Shown here: positions 40,156 to 50,114 of the stretch, piece by piece
Position numbering within the stretch: the stretch's first letter is position 1
Layout of the letters: every line of letters starts with the position of its first letter
Assembly: GCA_934085595.1 (NCBI GenBank)
Contig: CAKOHK010000001.1
Location: 145,705 to 209,704 of the forward strand
From: an uncultured Bacilli bacterium
Lineage (GTDB): Bacteria > Bacillota_I > Bacilli_A > RF39 > UBA660
DNA length: 64,000 nucleotides
Direction: 5' to 3'
Notes under the pieces: model-generated
Database searches by the model: none
What the model was told of the DNA's origin: nothing
Seen by the model: the letters and a program-made list of their open reading frames with translations, nothing else
Program-made: the position numbers and the translations under genes

Positions 40156-41120
40156 AGAACCTCCAAACTAACAGCGTGACTAACACTAGGTATACTAAGA
40201 GATAAATTACAGCTTGTAGTATTATGAAGTGACCCAGTAGCCACTATTAATATTTTCTTATATTCTTTATTCTTTAATATATAATCAAACAAAACTAAAG
40301 GAAGACACGCAGGCCCACTAGCCCCAGCATAAATACTCTTAGAAGAATAATATATACTCCCCGCATCTATAACATTATTAAGACGCGCCCCATAACTTCT
40401 ATAGTAATATTCTTTCATAACTTCTACACCATATTTACCAAGATCGCCAGTTAATATAAGATCATAATATTCACTTTTTCTTTTACTACTTTTCAAGTGT
40501 TCATAAATAACCTTAGCACATGAAGGAGCCATCGCACTACCCATATCATTCGCATCCTTATGATTAGTTACGCACACTTTTCCAATACTAGCACTCTCAA
40601 CTCTAATATTACTTTTTTTACTGCTCAAAAGAACACTAATCGCACCACTTGCTGTCGCACTATTACTCATTTTTCTAATCGCACCATATTCAAGCGGATA
40701 CCTAAACTGTTTCTCACTCGCAAGATAATGAGAAGAAACACTAATAATAGCTTTATCTCTAGTATTATCAATAAACTTACTACCAATAATTAACCCCTCG
40801 CAAAAAGAAGCACAAGCACTATATATATTAAGAGATGGAATATCAAATCTCGAAGATGCAAAATTAGAAGCAAATAACTGATTTAATAAATCACTATTAA
40901 TCATAAGACTAATATTCTTACTAAGTAATTTATTCTTCTTAAGTATCCCATTAATACACATATATTGGTACTCGCTCTCAGCTTCCTCTACGCTTCTCTT
41001 TCCATTATAATAATCATTCTTAAATACATCACAGTTATCTTTAACTATAGGATTCTTATAGCCAGAAAACACACAAGAAAACTTATCATTAATATAAACT
41101 TTATCAAAATAATATATCAT
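40152..41120 (-). CDS. spoVAD: Stage V sporulation protein AD (thiolase/KAS-III-like fold)
   Basis: 322 aa. Translationally coupled between the AC-like and AE-like genes. Confidence 0.75.
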   Translation of the reverse strand: MIYYFDKVYINDKFSCVFSGYKNPIVKDNCDVFKNDYYNGKRSVEEAESEYQYMCINGILKKNKLLSKNISLMINSDLLNQLFASNFASSRFDIPSLNIYSACASFCEGLIIGSKFIDNTRDKAIISVSSHYLASEKQFRYPLEYGAIRKMSNSATASGAISVLLSSKKSNIRVESASIGKVCVTNHKDANDMGSAMAPSCAKVIYEHLKSSKRKSEYYDLILTGDLGKYGVEVMKEYYYRSYGARLNNVIDAGSIYYSSKSIYAGASGPACLPLVLFDYILKNKEYKKILIVATGSLHNTTSCNLSLSIPSVSHAVSLEVL

Positions 41121-41602
41121 AACAATACTCCCCTTATAAATCCAAATATAAGTCCAAAAATAACACCATATAATATAATACTTCCAGTAAGTTTAAACAT
41201 ATTACCGCCTATTCCCTTAACAAATCCTTCATTTCTATAATCCATACTACTACTTGTCATAGAATTAGCAAATCCAGTACTAGGTACTATAAGTCCACTC
41301 TTAGTAAAAGATAATACTTTATCAAAAAAACCAAGTCCTGTTAAAAGAGAACCAACTAAAACAAATGTAATAAAAACAAGTAAAAATGAATCACTAGAAT
41401 TAATGCTAAGTGTTCTAATATAGTAGTTATACAAATACTCTCCTATAAGTCCCATAATACCTCCACTTATAAAAGCAATAAAAACATTTTTAAATGTACT
41501 TTCTTTCTTAACAATACTACTAACTAATTTATCATATTCTTCATTATTCATATTAATATTGTGCTCTTTATATTTAAGTTCATACATAAAAAATAGTGCC
41601 AT
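41117..41602 (-). CDS. spoVAC: Stage V sporulation protein AC
   Basis: 161-aa polytopic membrane protein. First gene of the tricistron. Confidence 0.65.
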   Translation of the reverse strand: MALFFMYELKYKEHNINMNNEEYDKLVSSIVKKESTFKNVFIAFISGGIMGLIGEYLYNYYIRTLSINSSDSFLLVFITFVLVGSLLTGLGFFDKVLSFTKSGLIVPSTGFANSMTSSSMDYRNEGFVKGIGGNMFKLTGSIILYGVIFGLIFGFIRGVLL

Positions 41603-41629
41603 TTTTAGACACTATATTATTCTAGTAAA

Positions 41630-43630
41630 CTATTTTATTTCAAATGCAAAGCACGAACTTCCATTACCTGTAATATATGTTACATTAGATTTAAGATATA
41701 ATGTAGGCTGAAAGCCAGGAAAAGCACTATTTGTATCTTGAGGCTGAACTTCGCCATTAGCTGACACAGCTATTGAATTATGGAATATATTAAAGAAAGT
41801 AGGCATAGGTGAAATAGTTAAATTATGAGAATTAACATATAACCAATTTGTATTCCTACAAATACTAGCTCTATAATCTGTATTACAAGTATTTAAATTT
41901 GAACTACATGATGAATTATTATAATCACACGCTTTTTTTGTACTATCATTATAGCAACTACTACTTGCATACATATAATCACTTATGTATATTAACCCTA
42001 CTTTTCCATCCCAAGTTTGACTATTTCCACTATCTACACTTGCGCCTCTCTCTTGGATATATACTTCTGGTGCTGTTTTAAGAAGTCCACCATTTGATGC
42101 ATTATAATCTATGTTACCTATATACCATTTTGTACTACTTATCTGATTTCTTGCACTGTTTGTTAATCCATTATTAGCATATGTACCAGTTCTATTAAAA
42201 TATTCTCCACTATTTAAAGTTCTCATTAATGACGATTTTGTCCAATTGTTTGTACCTGCAGAATCCCAAGCAGCAGCTCCAATTTGATTTCTCACTATTT
42301 TCACTCTATACTGTTTTGTATAGCCATTACCATTAGGAGTTAATACTTCAAAGACTCCAATAATTCTCCACACACCATTATCCATATTTATTCCGGTTGT
42401 CCACATTCCTGTTTCTCCATTAAATATAATATAATTGTTAGGATTTGCCCCTTGATATCTATATTCTGTAGTAGCATAATTTTGATTACCTGTTGCTGCA
42501 TGTGATATTTTAGTTAAACCTAAAGTTTGATAATTACTTATAAGACAATTTGCTAAAGTTTTACCAGAGCATAAAGATTCAATAGGATTATTCCATCTAG
42601 CAGTTAAAACAGTATTTTTAGTTGCTATAGTATTGCTTGTTACTAGATTTCCACTTTCATCATACCATCCGCCAAAATTATATCCGCACTTGCTTGTACT
42701 ACACAATGTTCCATATGTTTCACCTTGCATAACATTCTTTTTTGAGCATTCACTTCCACCATTAGTATCATATACAAGAGTATACATTTTCAAACTCCAC
42801 TTAGCATAAAGAGTAATATCGTTTTTTACTATATCAGTACTTTCAATTTTAGTTTCATATGTTTTACTAGTATACCATCCATCAAAAGTATAATTGTCTT
42901 TACTAGGAGTACATAAATCGCCATAAGCTTGCCCTTTTTGGATACTATCACTCGCGCATCCTCTACCACCATTATTATCAAAAGTTATCTTTTTCATATC
43001 TTTTTCAAATGATACATAACAGTCCATATCATCACTAACAGATAATAATGTTAAAGTATTATTATCATTTAACATACCACATGTATTAGAAGAATACTTA
43101 TATCCAAGAGATGGAATATATTCAAAACTAACTCTATCTAAATATCCAGCATACACTTTATTTTTATTAACTTTTCCCATACTTTCATCTGTACTAAATA
43201 AACTAACTATATACATATTTGTAAATCTCCATGGATCTTTATATGTACCTTTACCTGTAATTTTAGTTCCTTTTTTTACATATTCAGTAACTCTTATATT
43301 ACTATCATCACTATTACTATTATCAGATATCTTTTTACCACTAATCTCCCAGTATGAAAAAGATGCTGTAAGATAACTTAAATTATTTATTTTTGATGTA
43401 TTAACTTCATAATTATTTATAAGTCCTCCAGTAATAAACTTATTATCATAACTTATATTTTTATTATTATATATAAATGGAACTCTATCTTCTTTTATTA
43501 AATATATTTCATTCTTAACATTATTATTTATATAATTATTAGAAACACTTATAGTATCATTAAAAGAATATGCTTTTACATTTATTATCGTAAATAAAAC
43601 TAATAAAGCACTTATAATTATCTTCTTCAT
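41630..43630 (-). CDS. Secreted protein with two Listeria-Bacteroides (Flg_new) repeats and the shared C-terminal domain (family member P2)
   Basis: 666 aa. Signal peptide ...INVKAYSFNDT (TasA-like AxFND). Two ...YTFDGWY...LYAKW / YNFGGWY...LTARW repeats. C-terminal domain carries LTKISHAATGNQNYATTEYRYQG, WRIIGVFEVLTP, NQISSTKWYIGN and YISDYMYASSSCY. Confidence 0.6.
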   Translation of the reverse strand: MKKIIISALLVLFTIINVKAYSFNDTISVSNNYINNNVKNEIYLIKEDRVPFIYNNKNISYDNKFITGGLINNYEVNTSKINNLSYLTASFSYWEISGKKISDNSNSDDSNIRVTEYVKKGTKITGKGTYKDPWRFTNMYIVSLFSTDESMGKVNKNKVYAGYLDRVSFEYIPSLGYKYSSNTCGMLNDNNTLTLLSVSDDMDCYVSFEKDMKKITFDNNGGRGCASDSIQKGQAYGDLCTPSKDNYTFDGWYTSKTYETKIESTDIVKNDITLYAKWSLKMYTLVYDTNGGSECSKKNVMQGETYGTLCSTSKCGYNFGGWYDESGNLVTSNTIATKNTVLTARWNNPIESLCSGKTLANCLISNYQTLGLTKISHAATGNQNYATTEYRYQGANPNNYIIFNGETGMWTTGINMDNGVWRIIGVFEVLTPNGNGYTKQYRVKIVRNQIGAAAWDSAGTNNWTKSSLMRTLNSGEYFNRTGTYANNGLTNSARNQISSTKWYIGNIDYNASNGGLLKTAPEVYIQERGASVDSGNSQTWDGKVGLIYISDYMYASSSCYNDSTKKACDYNNSSCSSNLNTCNTDYRASICRNTNWLYVNSHNLTISPMPTFFNIFHNSIAVSANGEVQPQDTNSAFPGFQPTLYLKSNVTYITGNGSSCFAFEIK

Positions 43631-43704
43631 AACTAGACCTCTATCTTATATCTTTATTATACAATCTTTAATTAAATTAAAAAAGACCATTTTTTAAAAA
43701 TAGT

Positions 43705-44586
43705 CTAATCTATAACTTCTTGTTCTAATATTAAATCTATATTATATTCTTTTTTAACTTTATCTTTAATAGTTTTAACTAATACATCATAATCTTCTTT
43801 ACTGCCTTTTCCCTTATTAATTATAAAGTTAGCATGCTTTTCACTTATACATAAATCTCCCACATTATATCCTTTTAATCCAAGATCATCTATAAGTTTA
43901 CCTGCCGCAATATCATCTGGATTTCTAAATACACTACCGCATGATGGATAATTTAAAGGTTGACTTTTAATTCTTTTATCCAGTCTTTCTTTTATTATAC
44001 TTTTAATTTCTTCAAGGTTGCCTTTACTAACTTTCATCATGCATGATAACACTATTTTATTCTTATCATTTCTAAATATACTAGTTCTATATCCAAACAA
44101 TGCTTCACTATTATTTATAGTTTTAATATTTCCATTATCTAATATTGTAATAGATGTTATCACATCACTAATTTGTCCTTTATATGCCCCTGCATTAGAA
44201 TAAATACTTCCACCAATAGTCCCAGGTATATGACTAGCCCATTCAAGACCAGTATACCCTCGATTAGAAACATCACTCGCTATCACATTAAGCATACACC
44301 CAGCTTCAGCATATATATTTCCATTATCAAAAGTATAATTATTTAATTTATTAAGTTTAATACACACCCCATCATAATATATAGGTAATATCACATTAGA
44401 TCCATTACCAAGTATAAAATATTTACTTTTATACTTTGAAACTATATCAAGAACACTCTTAAGTTCATCTATATCTTTAGGTTCAACAAGAACATGTGCT
44501 TTACTTCTAAGTTTCATAGTATTTAAATCAGTTAAATCATAATTTACATAATGTTTTATATTTAATAAATTAAACTCATCTATCAT
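43705..44586 (-). CDS. murB: UDP-N-acetylenolpyruvoylglucosamine reductase
   Basis: 293 aa. FAD-binding ILGNGSNVI, plus GYRTSIFRN and CGSVFRNP motifs. Confidence 0.9.
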   Translation of the reverse strand: MIDEFNLLNIKHYVNYDLTDLNTMKLRSKAHVLVEPKDIDELKSVLDIVSKYKSKYFILGNGSNVILPIYYDGVCIKLNKLNNYTFDNGNIYAEAGCMLNVIASDVSNRGYTGLEWASHIPGTIGGSIYSNAGAYKGQISDVITSITILDNGNIKTINNSEALFGYRTSIFRNDKNKIVLSCMMKVSKGNLEEIKSIIKERLDKRIKSQPLNYPSCGSVFRNPDDIAAGKLIDDLGLKGYNVGDLCISEKHANFIINKGKGSKEDYDVLVKTIKDKVKKEYNIDLILEQEVID

Positions 44587-45116
44587 TTTAAATACTCTTC
44601 TATTTCTTCTTCACCAGTTTTATACATATCAATCTTACCATTTTTAATTCTAATTAAAGTTACATCATTAATCTTAAGTTCACTTGCATTCTTAGCATTC
44701 TTATTTGTTTCATCACTAGCATACTTTTTATTAAATCCATCATTCATATCAACATAATATACTTTATCTTTTCTACTAGATAATAAACTTCTAATATAAC
44801 TACTTCCATTATTATCAAGTTTATCAAATAATACTAAATATTCATCATTATTTCTATTAAATACTTCTCCTATTAATATATTAGTTTCACTAATAGTTAC
44901 ATCATTACTTGGTTTAGTATATCCTTTTTCAAATAATCCAAGTTTTTCAAGTCCAAGTAATCCTAAATATACAAGTAATATGAATGCCACTATGCATGCG
45001 GCAGATATTATATTCTTCTTAAGTTCATTATCACTACTTACATTTACATTTTTATTTCTTTTTCTTTTAGGCTCCTTATATTTAATTTGCATTTTATTTT
45101 TAGACATTTTAACCAC
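44583..45116 (-). CDS. Hypothetical membrane-anchored protein
   Basis: 177 aa with a basic N-terminus and one TM. Overlaps murB by 4 nt. Confidence 0.35.
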   Translation of the reverse strand: MVKMSKNKMQIKYKEPKRKRNKNVNVSSDNELKKNIISAACIVAFILLVYLGLLGLEKLGLFEKGYTKPSNDVTISETNILIGEVFNRNNDEYLVLFDKLDNNGSSYIRSLLSSRKDKVYYVDMNDGFNKKYASDETNKNAKNASELKINDVTLIRIKNGKIDMYKTGEEEIEEYLK

Positions 45117-45198
45117 TCCTCTAATAAATTATAGCATATCAATTATATTTTTAGTAGTATTTTATATTTAAAATTAAAAGTAGTACTTAGTACTACAA

Positions 45199-46680
45199 TT
45201 ATTTAATTATAAATGGATTAGTGCTTTTTCCGTTTCCAGAAACAAATTTTACATCAGCATTAAGATACACAGTAGGTCTTATATTGACATCACTAGCAGA
45301 ATCTACACCATTAATATATAAAGTACCTTCACTCTGTGCAATAAGTACAGCGTGTTGGTCTATAGATTCAGGTGACAACAACCAATAAACGGTATTATTC
45401 ATCAGCCAATTAGTACTAACGCACTCATCATCTTTATAATTTCCAGAGTCTGCCCCATCATAACATACATTACTAGCATACATATAATCACTAGGATATA
45501 AAAGTCCTACTTTGCCATCCCATGTTTGACTATTTCCATCCCATACATCAGTACTTCTTTCGCGTGTATATATGCTTTCTGCTGTTCCATAACCACCAGA
45601 AGAATAAACCTGATTACCAAGGTACCATTTCGTAGTACTTATTTGACTTCTAGCTTCATCAGTTAATCCAGTAGTTGTATAATCGCACAAAGGATTAGTA
45701 TCATCATATGGATGAAAATATATTGAACACCCAAGAGGAGAATATCCATATTGTCTATTAAAATATGCTCCTTCATTTAACAAAGTCATAAGTGATGCTT
45801 TTGTCCAATCATTAACAGAGCCAGAAGCAGAACTAAAATCCCAAGCTGCTTGTCCAATAGAATCTCTAACTATTTTAACTTTGTTTTCCTTTTTATAAGT
45901 TCCATCACTCTGAGGTGTTTCTACTTCAAATAATCCAACTATTCTCCACAGTCCCTCTTCTTTATTAAATGTAATATAATTGCTAGGATCTTTCCCTTGA
46001 AATCTGTATTCAGTAGTACTATATTCCTGATTTCCTGTAGCTTCATGCGTTATAGATATTAAATCAAGTTTTTTATAATTATCTATTAAAGTTTGAGCAA
46101 GTGTAGCTGTTTGAATACTTTCTGCGACACCAAGAACACCATAAAACTTCTTTCCTTGATTATAGTTTTGCGCTTTATCAGTATAATTAACAAAACGAAT
46201 TGAAACAGTGTAAGTATGAGTTTCTCCAGGTAATATTTTTTGTGATTCTTTATATGGATACAACACTTCACCCTTATTAGCTATAGCCTCAGTAGTAACT
46301 TGTGGCACAATAACTGTAGAACCATTAACACAGCTTCCATTATCAACACCACTACTACCACAAACGCATCTAATCATAAGTTCATCTTTTTGAATCCCAT
46401 TATAAAGCTTCTGCCATCCAAGACTATAATAAGTTTCTTCATTTCCTTTGTTTTCAACAGTTATAGTTTTCGTAGTTGTCCATCCAGGCTCTATATTTTC
46501 TGCAATTATTTGATTACCATCAGTATATTTAAGTTCAAGCTTAGTAGTACCAACATCTATAGTTTCAGCCACATCATTACCACTAACAGTCTGACTAAAA
46601 TACGCATAAGTAAGCCCAACCGTTAATAAAAATGCAACTGTAAGTACACTTCCATAAATAAACTTTTTATCTTTCATCAT
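45199..46680 (-). CDS. Secreted TasA/camelysin-like protein with the shared C-terminal domain (family member P3)
   Basis: 493 aa. Signal peptide ...VGLTYAYFSQT (AYFSD-type SipW-cognate motif), then TTKLELKY...NIEPGW...ITVENKG as in TasA. C-terminal domain carries ITHEATGNQEYSTTEYRFQG, WRIVGLFEVETP, SQISTTKWYLGN and YPSDYMYASNVCY. Confidence 0.65.
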   Translation of the reverse strand: MMKDKKFIYGSVLTVAFLLTVGLTYAYFSQTVSGNDVAETIDVGTTKLELKYTDGNQIIAENIEPGWTTTKTITVENKGNEETYYSLGWQKLYNGIQKDELMIRCVCGSSGVDNGSCVNGSTVIVPQVTTEAIANKGEVLYPYKESQKILPGETHTYTVSIRFVNYTDKAQNYNQGKKFYGVLGVAESIQTATLAQTLIDNYKKLDLISITHEATGNQEYSTTEYRFQGKDPSNYITFNKEEGLWRIVGLFEVETPQSDGTYKKENKVKIVRDSIGQAAWDFSSASGSVNDWTKASLMTLLNEGAYFNRQYGYSPLGCSIYFHPYDDTNPLCDYTTTGLTDEARSQISTTKWYLGNQVYSSGGYGTAESIYTRERSTDVWDGNSQTWDGKVGLLYPSDYMYASNVCYDGADSGNYKDDECVSTNWLMNNTVYWLLSPESIDQHAVLIAQSEGTLYINGVDSASDVNIRPTVYLNADVKFVSGNGKSTNPFIIK

Positions 46681-46797
46681 CCACCTCTATTCTCTATAAG
46701 CATTATACTCTTTTATAAGCGTTCAAGTCAATACAGTTTTTGGCAAATTGCATTTTATTATTTAAATAAGTTTATATAATAGGATTTTCAAAAAAAC

Positions 46798-46826
46798 TTG
46801 ATTTTTTTTCACTTTTAGTGTATACT
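46798..46826 (+). promoter_or_regulatory. rpsD promoter TTGATT-17-TATACT with a roughly 150-nt leader
   Basis: ttgatt 46798-46803 and tatact 46821-46826. The long leader is consistent with S4 autoregulation. Confidence 0.45.
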
Positions 46827-46974
46827 TTAGAAGTATTTATGTGGCAAGACTATAAATAGTTATAATGTGTTTCTATAATAAAACAAGTAACTTATGCCAA
46901 AGCGAAAGGAAAGAAACTCCCTATAATGAAAATATAGTTGCCTGATACAAATATTTGTAGAAGGAGGAAAATAC

Positions 46975-47574
46975 ATGTCAAGATATACTGGACCATCATT
47001 CAAGAAATCTAGAAGATATGGTTTTTCATTAACTGAAACTGGTAAAGAATTAAGACGTAAACCTACTGCTCCTGGTATCCACGGAACTAGTAGAAAGAAA
47101 CTTAGTGATTACGGTGTTCAATTACAAGAAAAACAAAAAGTTAAATTCATGTACGGACTATCTGAAAAGCAATTCAGAAAAACATTTGATGCTGCTGGTA
47201 AGATGAGTGGTATTCATGGTTATAACTTATTAATACTTCTTGAAAGCAGACTAGATAACTTAGTTTATCGTATGGGTCTTGCTAAAACAAGAAGAGCTGC
47301 TAGACAACTTGTAAATCACGGTCATATCACTGTAAATGGAAAGAAAGTTGATATTCCATCATACAGAGTTAAAGTTGGAGATACTATCGCTGTTAGAGAA
47401 AGTTCTTTAGAACATCCAGTTATTACTGAATGCTTAAATATGGATGTTACATTACCAGCTTACGTTTCATTTGATAAATCAAAGAAATGTGGAAGCTATG
47501 TAAGATATCCTGAAAGAGAAGAATTAAATAGCGAAATTAACGAAGCTTTAATAGTTGAATACTACAATAGATAG
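46975..47574 (+). CDS. rpsD: 30S ribosomal protein S4
   Basis: 199 aa. [19 protein letters not shown]... with a C-terminal S4 domain. GGAGG upstream. Confidence 0.95.
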   Translation: MSRYTGPSFKKSRRYGFSLTETGKELRRKPTAPGIHGTSRKKLSDYGVQLQEKQKVKFMYGLSEKQFRKTFDAAGKMSGIHGYNLLILLESRLDNLVYRMGLAKTRRAARQLVNHGHITVNGKKVDIPSYRVKVGDTIAVRESSLEHPVITECLNMDVTLPAYVSFDKSKKCGSYVRYPEREELNSEINEALIVEYYNR

Positions 47575-47581
47575 TATATTA

Positions 47582-47608
47582 AAAGAGTTCACATCGAACT
47601 CTTTTTTT
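47582..47608. terminator. Bidirectional rho-independent terminator between rpsD (+) and alaS (-)
   Basis: aagagttc-acatc-gaactctt hairpin with a T-run on plus and an A/T-rich flank on minus. Confidence 0.6.
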
Positions 47609-47615
47609 ATATAAA

Positions 47616-49361
47616 TTATTCTAATATAGCTTTAATTCTTCTAACCCCAGCACTACTAGCTTCCTCTTTAACTATTTTAAAATGCCCAAGTTCACTTGTA
47701 TTCTTAACATGAGGACCACCACATAATTCTTTTGAAACATCACCAATAGAATATACAGTTACCATATCAGGATACTTCTCAATAAACATACACTCAGCCC
47801 CACTATTAATCGCATCTTTCTTACTCATCTCTTCTACTTTTACATCAAGACCTTCTTTAATCCATTCATTAACTAAATCCTCAGTCTTTTGCTTCTCTTC
47901 ATCACTAAGTTTATGATCACAAGAAAAATCAAATCTCATTCTCTCTTCAGTAATATTACTTCCCTTTTGATGTACATCTTTATTTACTACAACTTTTAAA
48001 GCAGCATTTAATAAATGAGTCGCAGTATGATATTTAGTTTCCTTTTCACCATTACCACCAAGACCACCTTTAAACTGTCCACTACTAGCAGTTCTACTAA
48101 GTTCCTGATGAGCCTTATACTTTTCCTTAAAACCATCTTCATCAACTTTAATACCTTTTTCTAAAGCAAGTTCTATAGTAAGTTCAATAGGAAATCCATA
48201 AGTATCATATAATCTAAATGCACTACTAGCATCTATATCTTTTCCATCTTTAACTGTTTTTTCAAACTCTCTAAGTCCTTTTTCTAATGTTTTATTAAAC
48301 TTCTCTTTTTCATTCTTTAAAACTTCTAAAACAACATTTTTATTTTCTTTAAGTTCACTATAATATTTTTCATATTTACTAATTATTAAAGATGCTACTT
48401 TGCTTTCCCAATCACTATTTATATCTATATTTAATTTCTTAGCATGTCTTATGCTTCTTCTTATAAGTCTTCTAAGTATATACCCTTGTCCTACATTACT
48501 AGGTTTAATTCCTGCTGGATCTGCACTTATAAATACACTAGTTCTAATATGATCTGCTATTATACGCATACTTTTTTCATTACCTTCATATGGCAAAGAA
48601 GTAATTTCACATATTAAATCAATAACATCTTTCCATATACTAGATGCATAATTATCATTTACCCCTTCAAGTACACTTGTAACCCTTTCAAGACCCATAC
48701 CCGTGTCTACATTCTTATGTGCAAGTGGAACTATGCTACCATCTTCCTTATGTTCATACTGCATAAACACATCATTCCATATCTCAACCCATCTATTATC
48801 TTCAGGATCAAATACTTCTGGTACTTCTTCATCACTTCTGAAATAAAACATTTCTGTATCAGGCCCACATAACCCTACCATCTCAAGATTAGGCCACCAG
48901 TTATCCTCTTTAGTCCTAGCTATTCTCTCTTCCTTAATACCTAAACTTTTCCAAAGTTCAATAGCCTCAGTATCCTCATCAGCTATTTCATTCCCAGCAA
49001 ATACAGTAACCGCAAGTTTTTCCACTGGTATATTAAGTACTTTAGTTAAAAACTCAAAACTCCACTCAATAGCTTCCTTCTTAAAATAATCACCAAGACT
49101 CCAGTTACCAAGCATTTCAAAGAAAGTATGATGATATGAATCCCCTACTTCATCTAAATCATTAGTTCTAATACACTTTTGATAATCACAAAGTCTTTTC
49201 CCATAAGGATGCTCTTTCCCACTTAAATATGGTACTAATGGCTGCATACCAGCTGTATTAAAAAGAACAGTATTATCATTCTCTGGTACAACCGGAGCAC
49301 TAGGTATTTGCTTATGTCCCTTACTAACAAAAAAATCAATAAATAAATCTCTTACATTCAT
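47616..49361 (-). CDS. alaS: Alanine--tRNA ligase, unusually short form (581 aa) with aminoacylation and editing motifs but no C-Ala domain
   Basis: N-terminal FNTAGMQP, HHTFFEMLGNWSLGDYFK and WPNLEMVGLCGPDTEMFYF. Editing-domain HTATHLL (HxxxH) and CGGPH. Preceded by a T-box with a GCU specifier. Confidence 0.75.
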   Translation of the reverse strand: MNVRDLFIDFFVSKGHKQIPSAPVVPENDNTVLFNTAGMQPLVPYLSGKEHPYGKRLCDYQKCIRTNDLDEVGDSYHHTFFEMLGNWSLGDYFKKEAIEWSFEFLTKVLNIPVEKLAVTVFAGNEIADEDTEAIELWKSLGIKEERIARTKEDNWWPNLEMVGLCGPDTEMFYFRSDEEVPEVFDPEDNRWVEIWNDVFMQYEHKEDGSIVPLAHKNVDTGMGLERVTSVLEGVNDNYASSIWKDVIDLICEITSLPYEGNEKSMRIIADHIRTSVFISADPAGIKPSNVGQGYILRRLIRRSIRHAKKLNIDINSDWESKVASLIISKYEKYYSELKENKNVVLEVLKNEKEKFNKTLEKGLREFEKTVKDGKDIDASSAFRLYDTYGFPIELTIELALEKGIKVDEDGFKEKYKAHQELSRTASSGQFKGGLGGNGEKETKYHTATHLLNAALKVVVNKDVHQKGSNITEERMRFDFSCDHKLSDEEKQKTEDLVNEWIKEGLDVKVEEMSKKDAINSGAECMFIEKYPDMVTVYSIGDVSKELCGGPHVKNTSELGHFKIVKEEASSAGVRRIKAILE

Positions 49362-49364
49362 ATA

Positions 49365-49560
49365 TAACCTCCAAAATAAAAAGAACAGTACAAGGAGCCA
49401 ATATAGGCGGTACCATCCTTTAATTAACTTAATTATTATAACGCATTACCGTGATAGTTTTCTATCAAACAAAGAAAAGTAGCTTCAAATAACAATATTA
49501 TTAGTTCGCACCAACCACTAACTCTCTTAAAATATTTAAATATTCTAATAATCTTTCCCG
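49365..49560 (-). promoter_or_regulatory. T-box riboswitch leader (tRNA-Ala-responsive) upstream of alaS
   Basis: The minus-strand RNA contains AAUUAAAGGAUGGUACCGCC, close to the T-box consensus AAUUAGGGUGGNACCGCG, with a UGGU bulge to pair NCCA. Candidate specifier uugaaGCUacu lies at 49481-49483. A U-rich tract precedes the RBS. Confidence 0.6.
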
Positions 49561-49568
49561 ATGAACAT

Positions 49569-49597
49569 ATATTATCACATTTTTAATATCTATGCAA
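49569..49597 (-). promoter_or_regulatory. Promoter TTGCAT-17-TAATAT for the T-box/alaS transcript
   Basis: Minus strand has ttgcat (49592-49597) and taatat (49569-49574). Confidence 0.45.
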
Positions 49598-49868
49598 GTA
49601 CCCTATTTAATAACTATATACTTATAATATTTATCTATCATATCAAGATTATCTTTTCTCTTATCATTTAAATATTAATTAATTAACACAATACCACATT
49701 TGAAGGGTTCTATCTTTATCTTTTTAATTAAACCAATTCCACTTATGAAAGAAATCTAAACTGCCCGAACTAATAATTGAAACTACTATAGATATTATTA
49801 AAAATATAATAAATAATACTAAAGTTATAAATCTAGTATTTTCATATTTATTTCCTTAAATAATATTT

Positions 49869-50096
49869 TTAATCTCTAACACTTTTAATATTCTGTAGTT
49901 CAAAGCGATACTTTTGTCCATTCTTATTAACTTCTTCAGTAAACATATCATAAGGTCTACACCATAAACCATTGTCACCATATAACGCTCTATATATAAC
50001 CATTACTTCTTCAGTCTCACTATTACGAGCTATATCCTCTACTAAATATAAGTCACCCTTAAAATGTCTATAAATCCCTTTAACTTTAACTTCCAT
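49869..50096 (-). CDS. DUF1653-like small protein
   Basis: 75 aa. YRHFKG...Y...SETEE..V.YRALYG...LWCRP...F pattern. Confidence 0.45.
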   Translation of the reverse strand: MEVKVKGIYRHFKGDLYLVEDIARNSETEEVMVIYRALYGDNGLWCRPYDMFTEEVNKNGQKYRFELQNIKSVRD

Positions 50097-50114
50097 AATT
50101 CCTCCAAAACATTA

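Noticed and set aside
41603-41629. Hairpin ATAGTG-11nt-CACTAT between spoVAC and P2 as a terminator
   Set aside because: Long loop, short stem and no clear U-run. Not convincing as an intrinsic terminator.
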